Below are positions 35,995-49,601 of a stretch of 64,000 nt of DNA, piece after piece (within the stretch, counting starts at the first letter, position 1; every line of letters begins with the position of its first letter). The position numbers and the translations under genes were made by a program. The notes under the pieces were generated by a model that saw nothing but the letters and a program-made list of their open reading frames with translations, had not been told where the DNA came from and searched no databases. The DNA comes from Takakia lepidozioides (Eukaryota; Plantae; Bryophyta), in NCBI GenBank assembly GCA_030704615.1, contig CM060733.1, positions 28,086,001 through 28,150,000 of the forward strand, in the 5' to 3' direction.

Positions 35995-36799
35995 TATCTC
36001 TTTGCAAGCAGAGTAGTATAAGGTATCAGTAGCTGCAATTGTTGTGTGTGTGCTAGATGAGGTACGTTTTTTTCTCATACATATTCCTCAATATGTATCT
36101 GTCTGAATTGAAGTAGAGAACTGTCATGGCCTGAAATACCTGGGTACCAAGTTGCAGGTTTGATGACAATGCGGGTCAGAGAGGCAAGATAGATAAATCA
36201 AGGACTGGGGATATGGATGGGCAGAGATCATACTAGTGAGGCAGAAGAGGCTTGTGCTTGCGCCATTGTATGGGTCATTTGACTCGGATATTGATTTGCC
36301 TGGAGGTGGGTATCTATGCTGTGAACAGCAGACTCATACCAATTCATTGTGATTGATGGCAGGTTGATGGGATCTTAAATATCAAAAGAAAAACTATTTC
36401 GTCTCAATCCCAGTGTGTCATTGTGTTGTGACTGGATAGTTGTGCCTTCTTCTGTAAATTTGAATAGAATGGACTTGCAAAACTGTGGTGTCAAGCTTCA
36501 GTTCTTGCTATCATGAGCCCTCCTAACAGCATGCAAACTCAACTGAAATGTTTAAGCCACTTTTACCACGATTATCCAACTGTATCATGAGTAAAATTAC
36601 CAAGTTATTCAACCCTTAAGTTACTGTGGAACTAGAAATGAGTTTCATAGAACGTGCGAAGTTCCAGACGATCTCAGTTGTAATGTGTGTGTTCGGGAGT
36701 GTGTGGAGCCTTCGGAGCTTTGGCAGCCACAGGTATTGTGGTGGAGCTTCCCATCTTCACCCTGCAGCAGAAATCATTTTGGTTGTGTGGTATGTTGAC

Positions 36800-39047
36800 A
36801 TTCCTTTCCGCCTGAGCCATTTGTGAAGGTGTCGTTGCAGTGTATGTTACTATTGCATGTCTGTATACTGCTCGTCCAGAGTGTGTCATTGGTTGAATTT
36901 GTGAAATGGGTCTCTCTGATTTCCCTTCATGACCCGAGAGATCAGTTTAATAATGGGTGTCTGTAACCGAATCATGGGCGCGTCTTGCCTTCGTTTTGTT
37001 TCAATCTAGTTCTCACTACTACTCTGATACTAAATCCAGGCAACCGGATTGCCTGCATGCCAATTTCTCTTCCATAAATGTCAGAAAATTATATTGGAAT
37101 ACTTCTCACTTCCCTTTCCTGCGAGTTTATATCCATATAGCCGTGCAAATATCGCGATTACTCTCTGTGTCCATCTGTGATATTCAAAAATATAAGATCA
37201 AACCGATGTGGCATTCTTCCAATACTGTTGCAAGGGTGAGAGGGGGAATCAACCCCTGCTTGCCTCCTGGGAAGAGGTTTTTGTGGCCCTTGATAGGATT
37301 GAATCAACTCGCCATGGCCTTGCTCTATTTGCCACCCTTTCAGCAACATTTTTACTGGGGAGATATGGTGATTGGACTTGGCAAAGGCACTCGACACAGC
37401 AATTGCATACCATAGGTCTGTGAAACGGGCTTTAGCTCTTCAAACTTCTCATTTGGACACATATGGGTCTTGCAGGGACGCTATGACCTATCTCACCATG
37501 CAATGATTCTTATTGTAGTCACTTGTCTGAGGGTCAGACTAACAGGCCTGGGTCACTTGCTACCTATGAGGAGGTCCTACAGTTCTTCTCTTTTTTTCCT
37601 TCTCTTTTACTCCTGAGATGTCCCTCTGAACATGGGTGGCCAGTGACCTCCCCTTCATTTGGTGGGTGAAGCCAAGTTTTCTTTTTAATACAGAATTTTT
37701 TTGGATGTCTGCAGAGGTGTAGCTACCTGTGAAGTGGGAAGATGCAGACAATATGGAAACTCTCAGATGAGTGCCGCCACCAAACTCAATTTTCACTTGC
37801 CTAAAGGCTCAGTTAATGACAGGACTTCGAGGAGTCATCAATTCTGTAGCTCAGGGTTCCAAGTTTGACATCCTTAAAGATCTTCTTGGTAGTGTGTCTG
37901 CCTCCATCTCTTAGTGATCTGCTTAATTGGTCATGCTCTGATGCTCTGTCTGCAGGTACACGTATAGGGGCCAGTCTCCATGGAGATGTGTCCTCCTTAG
38001 TAGAGAACGTCTGCTTTGGAAGACCAGACATGTTTGACAGCTAGTCTGCATGTGGCACTCTGTCCCAGAGCTTGTTTTGGGTCTTTCGATGTGGACTCTT
38101 TTCTTTCTTGTAGTTCGACTTTGTCTGATGAGTCCTCTGGACCTTCCTTGGACGAACTCCTTGAGTTTGGAAGACCAGTTGCAGAGTCGAATTGGTGTAT
38201 GAGGGAAGAGGGAGGGGGATTGGGATGACAAGACCAAGGTAAGTGTGTCACAGTTGATATGGAAGGAAAAGCCAGAGAAGTGGGCATCCGCGCACCCACT
38301 GTTGAGGGATGGATTGGATTATAGTGTTAAGACCCGCTCTAGTCCTGGAGGCCCCTTGAGAGATGGAGTGAGCCTGAAGGAACCCCGATGAACTCCAGAG
38401 ATCCCGGAGCTGACTGAAACCCTTGAAGTCCCAGGCTGAACATCTTTTGGCTTAGTTTTTTTCCAGAGGCGAGGGAGCATTGTTGTTTAGGAACAGATGC
38501 TGTTTTAGAGTCTCTTCGTACGATTCAGGTTCTTTTTTCCTTAGGAAAGGTCTGATTCTAGCCCAGGCATTCCAAATGGTTGTCCATAGAGGGGATCCCA
38601 CCAGCTTGTGTTTGAACCCTTGCGTAATCCAACGGAGTGATGGCTGCCAGCGGGATAATCTTTAGTAGGGAGGGCTGTGACCAAATTGTCAACCACCAGA
38701 AATATCCACCATCCTCCTTCCGGGCCTAGGAACCTAGGGAGCCACTTGCCGAGGAGTGCAGTGACCTGAGTTTTTGGGTCCAAGACCCGAAGACCTCCTA
38801 GTTTCTTTGGGAGACAGATCTGTTTCCAGGATTCCTTTCAACCTGAGCCATTTGTAAAAGTGTCGTATGTTACCATTGCGTGTGTCTGTATGCCGCTCTT
38901 CCAGAGTGCGCCCGTGCGCTCATCAGTTGAATTTGTGAAATGGGTCTCTTTGATTGCCCTTCATGACTTGATAGAGCGGTTTAATAATGAGTGTCAACAG
39001 AATCATGGGCGTGTCTTCATTTTGTTTCAATCTCTAGTTCTCACTAC
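36800..39047 (+). repeat. Diverged ~220 bp direct repeat (36800-37019 and 38831-39047)
   Basis: Shared blocks CCTGAGCCATTTGT, TTGAATTTGTGAAATGGGTCTCT, CCCTTCATGAC, GAATCATGGGCG and CTAGTTCTCACTAC. Confidence 0.85.
38400..38830 (-). mobile_element. L1 LINE ORF2 fragment, same family as 60541-64000
   Basis: WKQICLPKKLGGLGVLDP..LLGKWLPRFLGPEGGWW matches 63735-63860. Confidence 0.8.
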
Positions 39048-39465
39048 GCAAAAACAAAACAAAACAAAACAAACAAGCCAAAGCAATGTGCATGGGCTCT
39101 CTTGCTTTGGCAAAACATAAGAGGAAGGTGAGGGGAAGGGGCATGACTCAACACAACATGCCAATCGGAGCCTTGACACGGTGTAAGGTCCTCTGATCAC
39201 ATTTTCTCCATTGACTTCAACATGTTGCAAAGTCTCTCTCTAAAAGAGAGCTAACAAACAAACTAAGTTACCTCGCTTCATAATGATTGGAATGCAAATT
39301 TTCAGCACATGACAATTTTCAAATTAAAATTTTGGTGCTAGTGGGCCCTTGTCAAGGCCAATAATCAAAGTTTCTTGTCTCCCTTGTTGTCCCTTGTGCT
39401 CCTTAGTTCGCACGGATTCATCTATCGTGTGAACGACACGGGGAAATGAAAAACTGCAAGGGATG

Positions 39466-42400
39466 TGTTAATATCTACATTCTATATATGAGTAAACATA
39501 CAAGTGAGAGAGAGAGTTGATACAGAATAGAAGCGTTGTATTACAGTCTCTAAACATACCTTTACATCTCTTGAGAAGTGTCTCTAGTTTACGAGATATG
39601 AAAGGTTACTTACTACTTGACATACTAATCTACAAACCCTTTAAGGCCAGTCTTGAAACAAAAAACAAGTCTTGGTTAATCAGTTGTAAAGAAAACAAAT
39701 ATAGAGCAGCTCCCATTGTAGAGATCAAGTAGCAATAAGACCAAGTCTAAGAGCACAATATTCATGCTTTGACTTGGTAAGAGATTTAGTAAATATGTCT
39801 GCAACATTCTCATCAGTGTTGCATTATTCCAGCTTCACCATTCCTCGTGTGATCACCTCCCGTATATAGTGATACTGGATTTCGATATGCTTTGTTCTTG
39901 CATGGAATTTATGATCATATGACAGAGCAATACAACTTTGATTGTCGCATCTGAGAATTGTTGCCGTTGATTGTACTTGTCCAACATCACTTAATAGCTG
40001 TCTGATCCATACAGCAGCTTCTGTAGTTGCTTTATATTCTGCCTTTGTGCTTGACAAGGCTATAGTGGGTTGGCGTTTACTACTCCAACTAACAGCCCCA
40101 CCTCCAAGTAAATAAGTGTAGCCAGTTGTGGATTTCCGACTGTCTGGCTCACCAGCCCAGTCTGCATCACAAAAGCCTACCAAAGTAGAAGCATTTCTTC
40201 CTTGTGCAGAATATTGAAGAGCACTTGTCGCTGTACATTTCAAGTATCTAAAGATACGCTTGACTGCTTGCCAATGTATTGGTCCCGGATTTGCGGAATG
40301 CTGAGACACTACCCCCACTGCAAACGCTAAATCAGGACGTGTACAGACCATGGCATAGGTCAAAGAACCAACAGCTTGTTGATATGGTACATGACGCATG
40401 GCTTCCACTTCGTCAGGTGTGTGAGGTGCTTGATCTTTGGAAAGTTTCAGATTGACCACCAAAGGTGAAGCCACAGGTCTGCAATGAGTCATACCAAAGT
40501 GGTCAAGCTTAGCCTTGACATAATGAGCCTGAGTTAGGATCACCGAACCAGCTTGTCGATCACAAATAACTTGTATGCCCAACAAGTAATGAACAGCTCC
40601 ATGATCGGTCATCTCAAAGGCAGTCTGTAATTCACTCTTGGTACAAAGCATAAGTGAGACATTGTCGCAAACCAAAATTGCATCATCCACATATAACGTA
40701 AGTATTAGAAATGAACCAGAATGTCCACGCACATAGACATTAAAATCTGCTCCTGTGCGATGAAAGCCCACTTGGAGAAGGTAAGAGTCAATCCTCTCGT
40801 ACCACGCACGCGGAGCTTGTTGAAGTCCATATAGACTTCGAAGGAGACGACAGACTTGATGTTCATGGCCTACCTTACCGAAGCCTTCTGGTTGATGCAT
40901 GTAGATCTCCTCTTTGAGGTGGCCATGTAAGAATGTCGTCTTGACATCTAGTTGGTCAACCTCCCAATTGTGAATAGCCGCCAGCGCCAAAAGAACTCGA
41001 ATGGATGTGATCTTGACCACAGGAGAAAATGTATTTGTGTAGTCAAGACCTGCAACTTGAGAGTACCCTTTGGAGAGTACCCTTTGGCTACAAGTCAAGC
41101 TTTATAACGCTCAACCGTGCCATCAAGATTCAACTTAAGTTTAAAAACACACTTGCAGTTCACCGGCTTACGGCCCTCGGGTAGATCAGCTAACGCCCAA
41201 GTATTGTTCTTCATTAAGGATTGAAAACTCAGAAGCAATGGCAGCTTGCAAATGTGGAGCATTAGACCTTGTGAGAGCTTCATGATAAGTCAAGGGTTCG
41301 GGCATCATACTAGACTTAGATGGACGCTCGTGAAAATGAAGATATTTGGGATTAGGTTTGACTCTACGACCAAATCTGGTAACTTGTGGTTGATTACCAA
41401 ATGTAAAACCAGAGAGTGCAGGGAAAGGAGGACCAGTGGTAGTTGGAAGTGCATTTGGGACAGAGGGCTGAAGCTCAACAATAGGTAGTGTGTCATCAGA
41501 GAATAAAGGATTATTATATGACATACGACGCTGTAATGGAGGCTCTGTAGGAGAGGAAGATCCAGCAGGATAGGTGGAGGCATTAGTGAGGGGTGGAGTA
41601 TGTGGTAAAGCCACAAGCACAATAGGTGGCGGTGGAGGTGCAGGTGGTGCAAGTGGTACAACAGGTGGGAGGGGATGTAACGGTACAGAAATGTTCCCCA
41701 CTGTTATAGTAGCCTGCTCAGGATCTGGAAGAGAAGAAGCCGACTCCCACTGAAGAGGCCCATCGGATGTAAGAGAAGGTATGTCTTCGTGGAAAACAAC
41801 ATCACGACTGATAACTATCTGTTGAGTTTGAAGATCAAGTAGTCTGTAGCCCTTAACGTCAGTGTGATAGCCTACAAATCGACACTTATGATTTTTGCAT
41901 CTAACTTCTTCCTTTTCTCCTTGGGAATATGAGCATAGGCAATGCAACCAAAAATGCGTAAATGCGTAACTTTGGGTTTGCGGCCTATCCATATCTCTTC
42001 AGGAGTCCTATCGGCTACAGCCTTGGTAATCAATCTATTATGCAAATAGTTAGTAGTAGTAATAGTCTCACCCCAAATACTATTGGGCATACCTGCCGCT
42101 TTCAACATACTTCTAGCTGACTCCACTAGAGTTCTATTTCTACACTCAGCTATCCCATTTTGTTCAGGTGTATAAGGAAATGTAAGCTGATGTTTAATCC
42201 CATGTTGAGTACAATATAATTGAAAAGCTTTAGAAACAAACTCGGAGCCATTGTCGCTCCGTAGGACTTTAAATTGATGTTTAGTTTGATTTTCTGATAT
42301 AACTTTGAAAGACTTAAAGTTGTGTAGGACTTCAGATTTTGCTTTTAGAAGGACAAGAACACTGTATCTGCTATAGTCATCGATGAAAGTATCTAGCTCA

Positions 42401-44145
42401 TCCACGAGATATGGTCTGCATCAGGCCACATACATCCGAATGGACAAGGGCCAAAAGTTTTGTTGTTCTGTTGCCCTCTTTTGGAAATTTGTGTCGTTGT
42501 TGTTTGCCAAAGAGGCAGCCTTCACATAATTTTAATGGGTGCAATGGTATGTTGGTGAGTCCATCAACTACATGAAGCTTCTGCATGAGCCGCAATTTCT
42601 CCAGGTTGGCATGACCATATCTATGCTGCCAAATGGCTGAGTTGTTCAAACTTGGACACAGTCAAGGCCGCACATGGAGGTTCAAGTAACTTTTGCATGC
42701 TGCTTGTAATCTCAGGGCCTGATGTGCCAACTTTATATAGACCATCGTGGGAAACCTCATTCAAGATGATCATCTGTCCACCAAAGCCCTCCAAGATGAC
42801 TTGCTCCTTAGTGAAGGTGATTTTGTAACCGGCAGTGACTACGCGACTCACCGAGATTAAATTCTGACACAACGCTGGGACATGATATACGTCTTGTATA
42901 AGCTTCACGTCGCCAGTCAAAAGTCTGATGGCAATATCTCCTTTGCCATGGATTGAGTGGTGGGAATTGTCACCGAGGTAGACACTATCTCGCGGTGTGA
43001 TATGTGCATAAGTCAAAAACCAATGTCTATGAGAAGTCATGTGATCAGTAGCTCCGGAATCCAAGAGCAAGTCCTTTACAGCAAACCCTCGAGATAACAT
43101 AAATATCTTATGTTCTCGGGTGGCCTGTCCAGACTGAACTTTGGACGCCTTCTCGTCTGCTAGTAGCTTTCGACACTCTTTTTTTTAATGTGCCCCATCT
43201 TATGACAATAATGGCAAGGTCCTTTCCTCCTCTTTCCATCTGGTGTATAGATTGAGGGTTGACTGAGAATGGATGTGTTAATATCACTCCTCTGACCTTG
43301 GTTGACAAGATAACTATTTGATTCTCTTGGAGATCCAGTTATCTGCCTCTTCTGGTTTGGCTTCCTGCCAGCCCAGAATGTCGTGACTCCATCTGTTACA
43401 GATAAGTCACCATTCTTCCTTCTACGAATATCGTCAGTCAATAATTTGGCTGCAACATCTTGAAGGGATAATCCAAGTTGATTACTTAAGGTCATAATTA
43501 TGGGCTCATATGATTCAGGAAGACTACTTAAGAGTGTCTCTACGTTGTCTTCATCTGAATATGTGACCCCCACTGACCCTAGTTGTTCTAAGAGGAGTCT
43601 AAATTCATGAATATGAATAATGTCACTCCCTACTCTCAAACTGTAATTGACATATTGCTTTCTAAGATGACACTTATTTATCATGTCATTTATGTGATAG
43701 ACTCTTTGTAAAGCTACCCAATTCCCATTTGCTGTAAGTGAAGAGGTCGCATGACTGAGACAAGTGTTTTTAACACTATCTATGATTATCAATTGGGCTG
43801 TCTTATCTCTATCTTCCCAATGGACGATGGAACCTACACTAGTCCCTGGTGGATTTGTTACTGATCCACCTGGGGAAGTACTTGAGCTAGGTTTTATTTC
43901 AGTACCTATTACTAAATCCCAGAGTCTTTCTTTTTTTAAAAGATAGGATAATCTAATCTTCCAGGTTTGATAGTTAGAACCATCTAATTTCTTGACGGTT
44001 CTTTGATCAGACGAGGAGGATGCCATTGTGGCGCTGATTATGATTTACTCTTCCTATAGAATTTTAGGACCCTATGTTTTCTGAAGACATTATACATTTT
44101 CTATGGTTCAAAAAACTCATAGAATTTCACGTCTACCTGGGCTCC
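39466..44145 (-). mobile_element. Ty1/Copia retrotransposon, degenerate, lacking the 5' LTR and PBS
   Basis: Gag (KLDGSNYQTW, CHYCHKMGH), protease (LDSGATDHM), GAG-pre-integrase/integrase (HSDVCG, LRSDNGSEF, PEQNG), RT (QLDVKT, LYVDD), RNase H (FCDADWA, ARTKHIE). Probable 3' LTR at about 39466-39707. Confidence 0.9.
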
Positions 44146-44254
44146 GTCTCTCAAAAATAGGCCCCGAATGATAGTCAGCATTCCTTTCTAGATTGAACTT
44201 CTCTGAACGGCGTATTGTTTGAGGACGCATGATTTCCATCCCATCACATCACTG

Positions 44255-44845
44255 ATGGCCAATACGTTGGCTCTATATGGCAAGTCTAGTCATAGTCCCT
44301 CACCCCGACTCTGGACACTCTATTCCTTTCGTACAATTTGCCAAGCTACTAAGCACATCCGGAATAACCACCAGCTTCGTGAGCACTGACAGTCATATTG
44401 CAAACCTCATTCAGGAAAACCATGGAACTGCAGACTCCAGATATGACGGCCTAGACCTGCGATTTGTGAGCCTGCAAGACGGCATAACATGCCCAATGGC
44501 CCCCATGTTTTCTGGGGAAGAAAAGAAGGTGGAGGAAGCAAAACTGGCAAAGCAGGCTCTGATAGTGAATATGATGGAAACCACCACAGCGAGCTTCAAG
44601 ATAAATCAGCGATCAGTGCCACCAGGTGGCAAGCCTTGCTGCATTCTGTCAGACATGTTTGTTTCGGGTTGAAAAGCTTGGCATTCAAAGTCATGTCCTA
44701 TTTACCTCACCAGCGGCATTTTTATCGCTTTTTGTTCCAGGTAGGAATTCTCTTCTAGTTCTATTGAAAATCTAACAATCGCGATCTGAATGATCCAAAT
44801 CGGGAGTAGACATCTGGTCGAGTTGAACAAAAAATTGACAGACGT
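44255..44845 (+). pseudogene. UGT paralogue remnant (exon 1 plus the start of intron 1)
   Basis: Highly similar to 29627-30238, including the upstream leader. Frameshifting deletions at about 44287 and 44671. Cut off by a Copia LTR at 44846. Confidence 0.92.
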
Positions 44846-47800
44846 TGTTAGAATTGAGCAAGAATATGAACAAGAACTAAAGTCTTAGACTAAAGCTAAA
44901 ACTAAAGCTCTCCTCCCAACCATCATACTCTTACAGTTCGACTAGTGGCTTCACCCCCGAGCTTGTACAAGAAGGTATCTAGAAAGTCCTACTTGGTCAC
45001 TTCCACTTATGGTGACCATCCACCTTCTAGCCATTCACCTTCCAAAGGTGAGTTAAACAAGATAGTCTCTTAGACTTCTAAGCCTTTGGCCTTCAAGACT
45101 CTCAGTCTTCTAGATATGTTTAATTACTTCCAACACTCCAACTCAATTAAACCATATCATTGAGCTACTTTGTTTGTCTTTAGAGAAGAGACACCAAGTA
45201 AGGCTGAATACTTCATGTGTTTTGTCTGTGGTAGACTCTTCGTCAAAACATCCGCAACCATATCTCCTGTAGCACAATAGATCATCTTGATCTCTCCCTT
45301 GCATACAACTTCCCGTATGTAGTGATGTTGCACTTCAATGTGCTTCGTCCTTGAATGATACTTCGGATTCTGACTTAGTGCAATCGCACTTTGATTGTCA
45401 CAATAGAGAGTCGTAGGTAGTGATTGGAGATGATCCAAATCTCCAAGCAACTTCCGTAACCAAATAGCCTCATTTGCTGCTTGTGTAATGGACATGTACT
45501 CAGCTTCTGTTGATGACAACGCTGTTGCAACTTGTCGTTTGCTAGACCAAGATACAGCTCCACCTGCTAGGAGAAAACAATGGCCTGAAGTTGATTTTCT
45601 ACTATCAACGTCTCCTGCCTAGTCAGCATCAGCAAACCCCAACAAACTTGGATCTTCCACTCTCTTGTAGAGTAGACCAGAGGTTGATGTTCCTCTTAGA
45701 TATCGAAATATCCTCTTCACTGCTTTCCAATGGGTTTGTCCGGGATTTGAAAGAAATTGTGAGACCACTCCCACTGAATGTGCAATGTCTGGCCTAATAC
45801 AAACCATGCAATACATCAAACTGCCGACTGCGCTTTGATAAGGAGTTTTCCTCATATCTTCTTGCTCTTCTTGAGTCTTAGGTGCCATATCCTTCGTAAG
45901 TTTCAAACCAACTTCGAGAGGAGCTGATGTTGGCTTACTCATCTCCAACTTAAATCTTTGTAGAATTGTTTCAATGTATGGTCGTTGATGCATGAATACT
46001 GTATGGTTCACTCGATCTCTGCTGATTTGAATACCAAGACAGAACCGAATCTCACCCATGTCAGTCATGGAAAACTCAACACTCAACAATGCTTTGGTTT
46101 CTGGCAACAACCTTTGATGATCGTTGGTGACAATGATTGTGTCATCCACATATAGAGCTATGACCACAAATTGTTCTCCCATCTTTTTCACATAGATGTT
46201 TGTGTCAGCAATGCTTTGTTCAAATCTTGCCTTTAAGAGGTAAGCATCGATCCTAGCATACCAAGCTCGAGGACTTTGTTTGAGTCCATACAAACTCTTT
46301 TACATCTTACACACAATATCACTTCCTCCTTGTACAAACCCTTCAGGTTGTCTCAAGTAGATATCTTCTTTGTAGTTCTCCATTCAGAAGTGCGGTCTTA
46401 ACATCCATTTGATGAACTTCGTGATCATGTTGAGCTGCAAGAGCTAACAACACTCTGATAGAAGAAAGGTGAGAAGGTTTCATTGTAATCCACTCCTTGA
46501 ATTTGTGCATAGCCTTTAGCTACAAGACGAGCTTTGTACCGGTAAATAGATCCATCAGCTTTGTACTTCAACTTGAAGATCCACTTGCAACCAATGGCTC
46601 TTCGTCCTGTATGCAACCTAGTGAGTGTCCATGCTTTGTTTTGCATCAATGAATCCAACTCTGAGTTGATTGCTTCTTCCCATTGTAGTTTGTCTGGAGA
46701 GCGCATCGCTTCCTCATATGTAGCAGGCTCAACCACTTGTGATGCTTCTTCCATAGCTTCAATGACACTCATAGATGTAATTAGCCTACTAGGAGCTTTC
46801 TTTTCCCGCTGAGATCTCCTTAGAATTGACACATCTTCAACTTCATCTCTAGAGTCCATATCAACAAGTGGTTCACCAACTTCGATTCCTTGATCAACTC
46901 CATCAAATTGAATACCTCCATCATTTGCTTCAGCCATCTCTTGTATTGGCTCTTCATAAGACTCCTCTTGGAAATGGTGTAATGGCTCTAAGCTCATTCC
47001 CATGTCATCTTCTCCCACTACCCAAGAAGGTATGAAGCCTTCATCAAACACTACGTCCCTACTGTGTTTGACAGCCTTAGTTGTCTTATTGAACAATTTA
47101 TATCCATTCACATCTTCTGTGTAGCCAATGAAGATGCATCTTTCTGATTTGGAGTCAAGTTTCCTTCGCTTCTGAGTAGGGATATGGACATATGCACGAC
47201 ATCCAAAAATCCTACAATGAGCCACAATAGGCTTCTGACCACTCCATACCTCTTCTGGTGTTTTTCCCAACATTGATTTGATAGGTATTCTATTGTGAAG
47301 ATATGTTGCAGTGCCAACAGCTTCTGCCCAAAAATGATTGGAAATATTCACTTCTTTCAACATACTCCTTGCAGATTCTTGTAGTGATCTATTCATCCGT
47401 TCAGCTACACCATTCTGCTCAGCTGTATATGGAACAGTAAGCTGTCGAGCTATTCTATTCTCTTGACAAAACTGATTGAAAGCCTTTGAGATGTACTCAC
47501 CACCATTGTCAGATCTCAAAATCTTAAGAGGCTTTCCAGTTTGTTTTTCTACAAGTACTTTGAACTCCTTGAATTTCTCTAGCACTTGACTTTTCTGCCT
47601 TAGGAAATTCACCACAACCCTCCTTGACAAATCATCAATGAATGTCACAAAGTACTTTGCTCCTCCAAGTGATGTGGTTTGCATTGGCCCGCACACATCA
47701 GAATGTACAATCTCCAATATACTTGTGGCTCTTCGTCCACCATCCTTAGGAAATTGACCTCGATGTTGCTTCCCTTCCAAGCAACCTTTGCATAGACGCA

Positions 47801-49601
47801 TATCGCTCATCTCTTTCAATTGTAGTCCTTCCACAATATGGCTTGAGAGTTGCATCTGTCGCAACTTCTTAATGCTCACATGACCTAATCTTCTATGCCA
47901 CAACTCTGTTTCTGACATGACAGGTGTAGATCCCAACTGTGGTGAAAATGTGGTAAGAGCACTAAAGACATGATGTTGTAATCTATACAAGCAATTATCA
48001 AAAATAGCTCTTGCTACCACAGCTCCTGAGCTATCTGTGATAGTACAACTCTCATCTTGGAATACCACTTTGTATCCCTTTGCAACAATTTGCCTTACAG
48101 ACAGCAGGTTCTTTGTTAAAGTATGGACATGTAGGACATTTTCCACCTCTATGGTTTCCCCTTCATTGAGCATAAGAGAGACTGAGCCTTCCCCACCAAT
48201 GACATGCTTGCTATCTTCTCCCAAAAGAACATATTGTGTAGGTGAAAGAGATCTAGGATAAGAAATGCTCTCTCTCTGAACTCATATGTTGAGATGCTCC
48301 TGAATCAACATACCATACATGCTTCTGTCTAGTAGTGGCTGAGAGAGACACAACAAATAGAATATGATTCCTCTGATGAGTAGCTATGTTCCCTTTACTC
48401 TCTCTACTGCACTCATCTGCAATGCGCTTTCTACAATCCCTTATCATGTGACCAAGTTTCTTGCAATAAAAGCACCTCACTTTGGCTTTTTTGATCTTTG
48501 AGCTAGATTGAGGTTTCTGAAATCTCTGGGACTTCTGAGACATATGTGAAGGGAGTCTTCTATTCAAGAATACTCCAGTCTTGCGTGTGAACAAAGCTCT
48601 GTCTACCTCTGTAGACGTACCTTGACCTTTTCTTCTTGTTTCCTCCTTGAGGAGAAGTCCTATGACAACATCAATAGTTAAGTTGGTTTGTCCTGCTAGA
48701 GACACCACAAAACCATCATAGGATTCAGGTAAGGTTGCCAATAACACCACTGCGGCGTGTTCATCAGTCACATTAGTTCTCACAGAGACTAGTTGATCTC
48801 GCAACACACAAAACAAATTCAAGTGTTGTTCAACTGAGTTTGACTCGGTCATCTTCAGACCATAGAACTTTTGCGTCGTATACACTTGCGATGTGACATC
48901 CTTCGTCTCATATATGCTTGCTAGCTTGTCCCAAACATCCTTAGCATTCTTAGCACTTATAATGAGATGCAACTGATTGTCTCTCAAGCTTGTGATGATG
49001 CTAGCTCTTGCTTTCTGATCTTTCCTATCCCATATGGCTTGGCCAACAATAGTGTCAGGTCTTGGGACTGATCCATCAACCACTCCCCATAGATCTTTGT
49101 CTAGAATGACCATCTCCATCCTAAACTTCCAGGTTTGATAGTTAGCTCCATTGAATCGATTTTCCACTCTCACATCTAATGCACTCGTCATAGACATAGA
49201 AAGAGGATTGCTAGAAGACGACGCTCCAGCCATAATCAAGTTTACTCAATCTCAACTACCAACTCTCACCTAGAGAAGAATGGCTCTGATACCATGTTAG
49301 AATTGAGCAAGAACACGAACAAGAACTAAAGTCTTAGACTAAAGCTAAAACTAAAGCTCTCCTCCCAACCATAGAAGCCACCATCATACTCTTATACTTA
49401 GACTAGTGGCTTCACCCCCGAGCTTGTACAAGAAGGTCTCTAGAAAGTCCTACTTGGTCACTTCCACGTCCACTATGGTGACCATCCACCTTCTAGCCAT
49501 TCACCTTCAAAAGGTGAGTTAAACAAGATAGTCTCTTAGACTTCTAAACCTTTGGCCTTCAAGACTCTTAGTCTTCTAAATATGTTTAATTACTTCCAAC
49601 A
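44846..49601 (-). mobile_element. Full-length Ty1/Copia with two LTRs (44846-45135, 49295-49601) and a tRNA-Met PBS (49282-49294)
   Basis: TGTTAG..CCAACA LTRs. Gag-PR-INT-RT-RH in ORFs 48253..49239, 46425..48224, 45619..46293 and 45157..45519, with a few frameshifts and stops. Confidence 0.95.
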
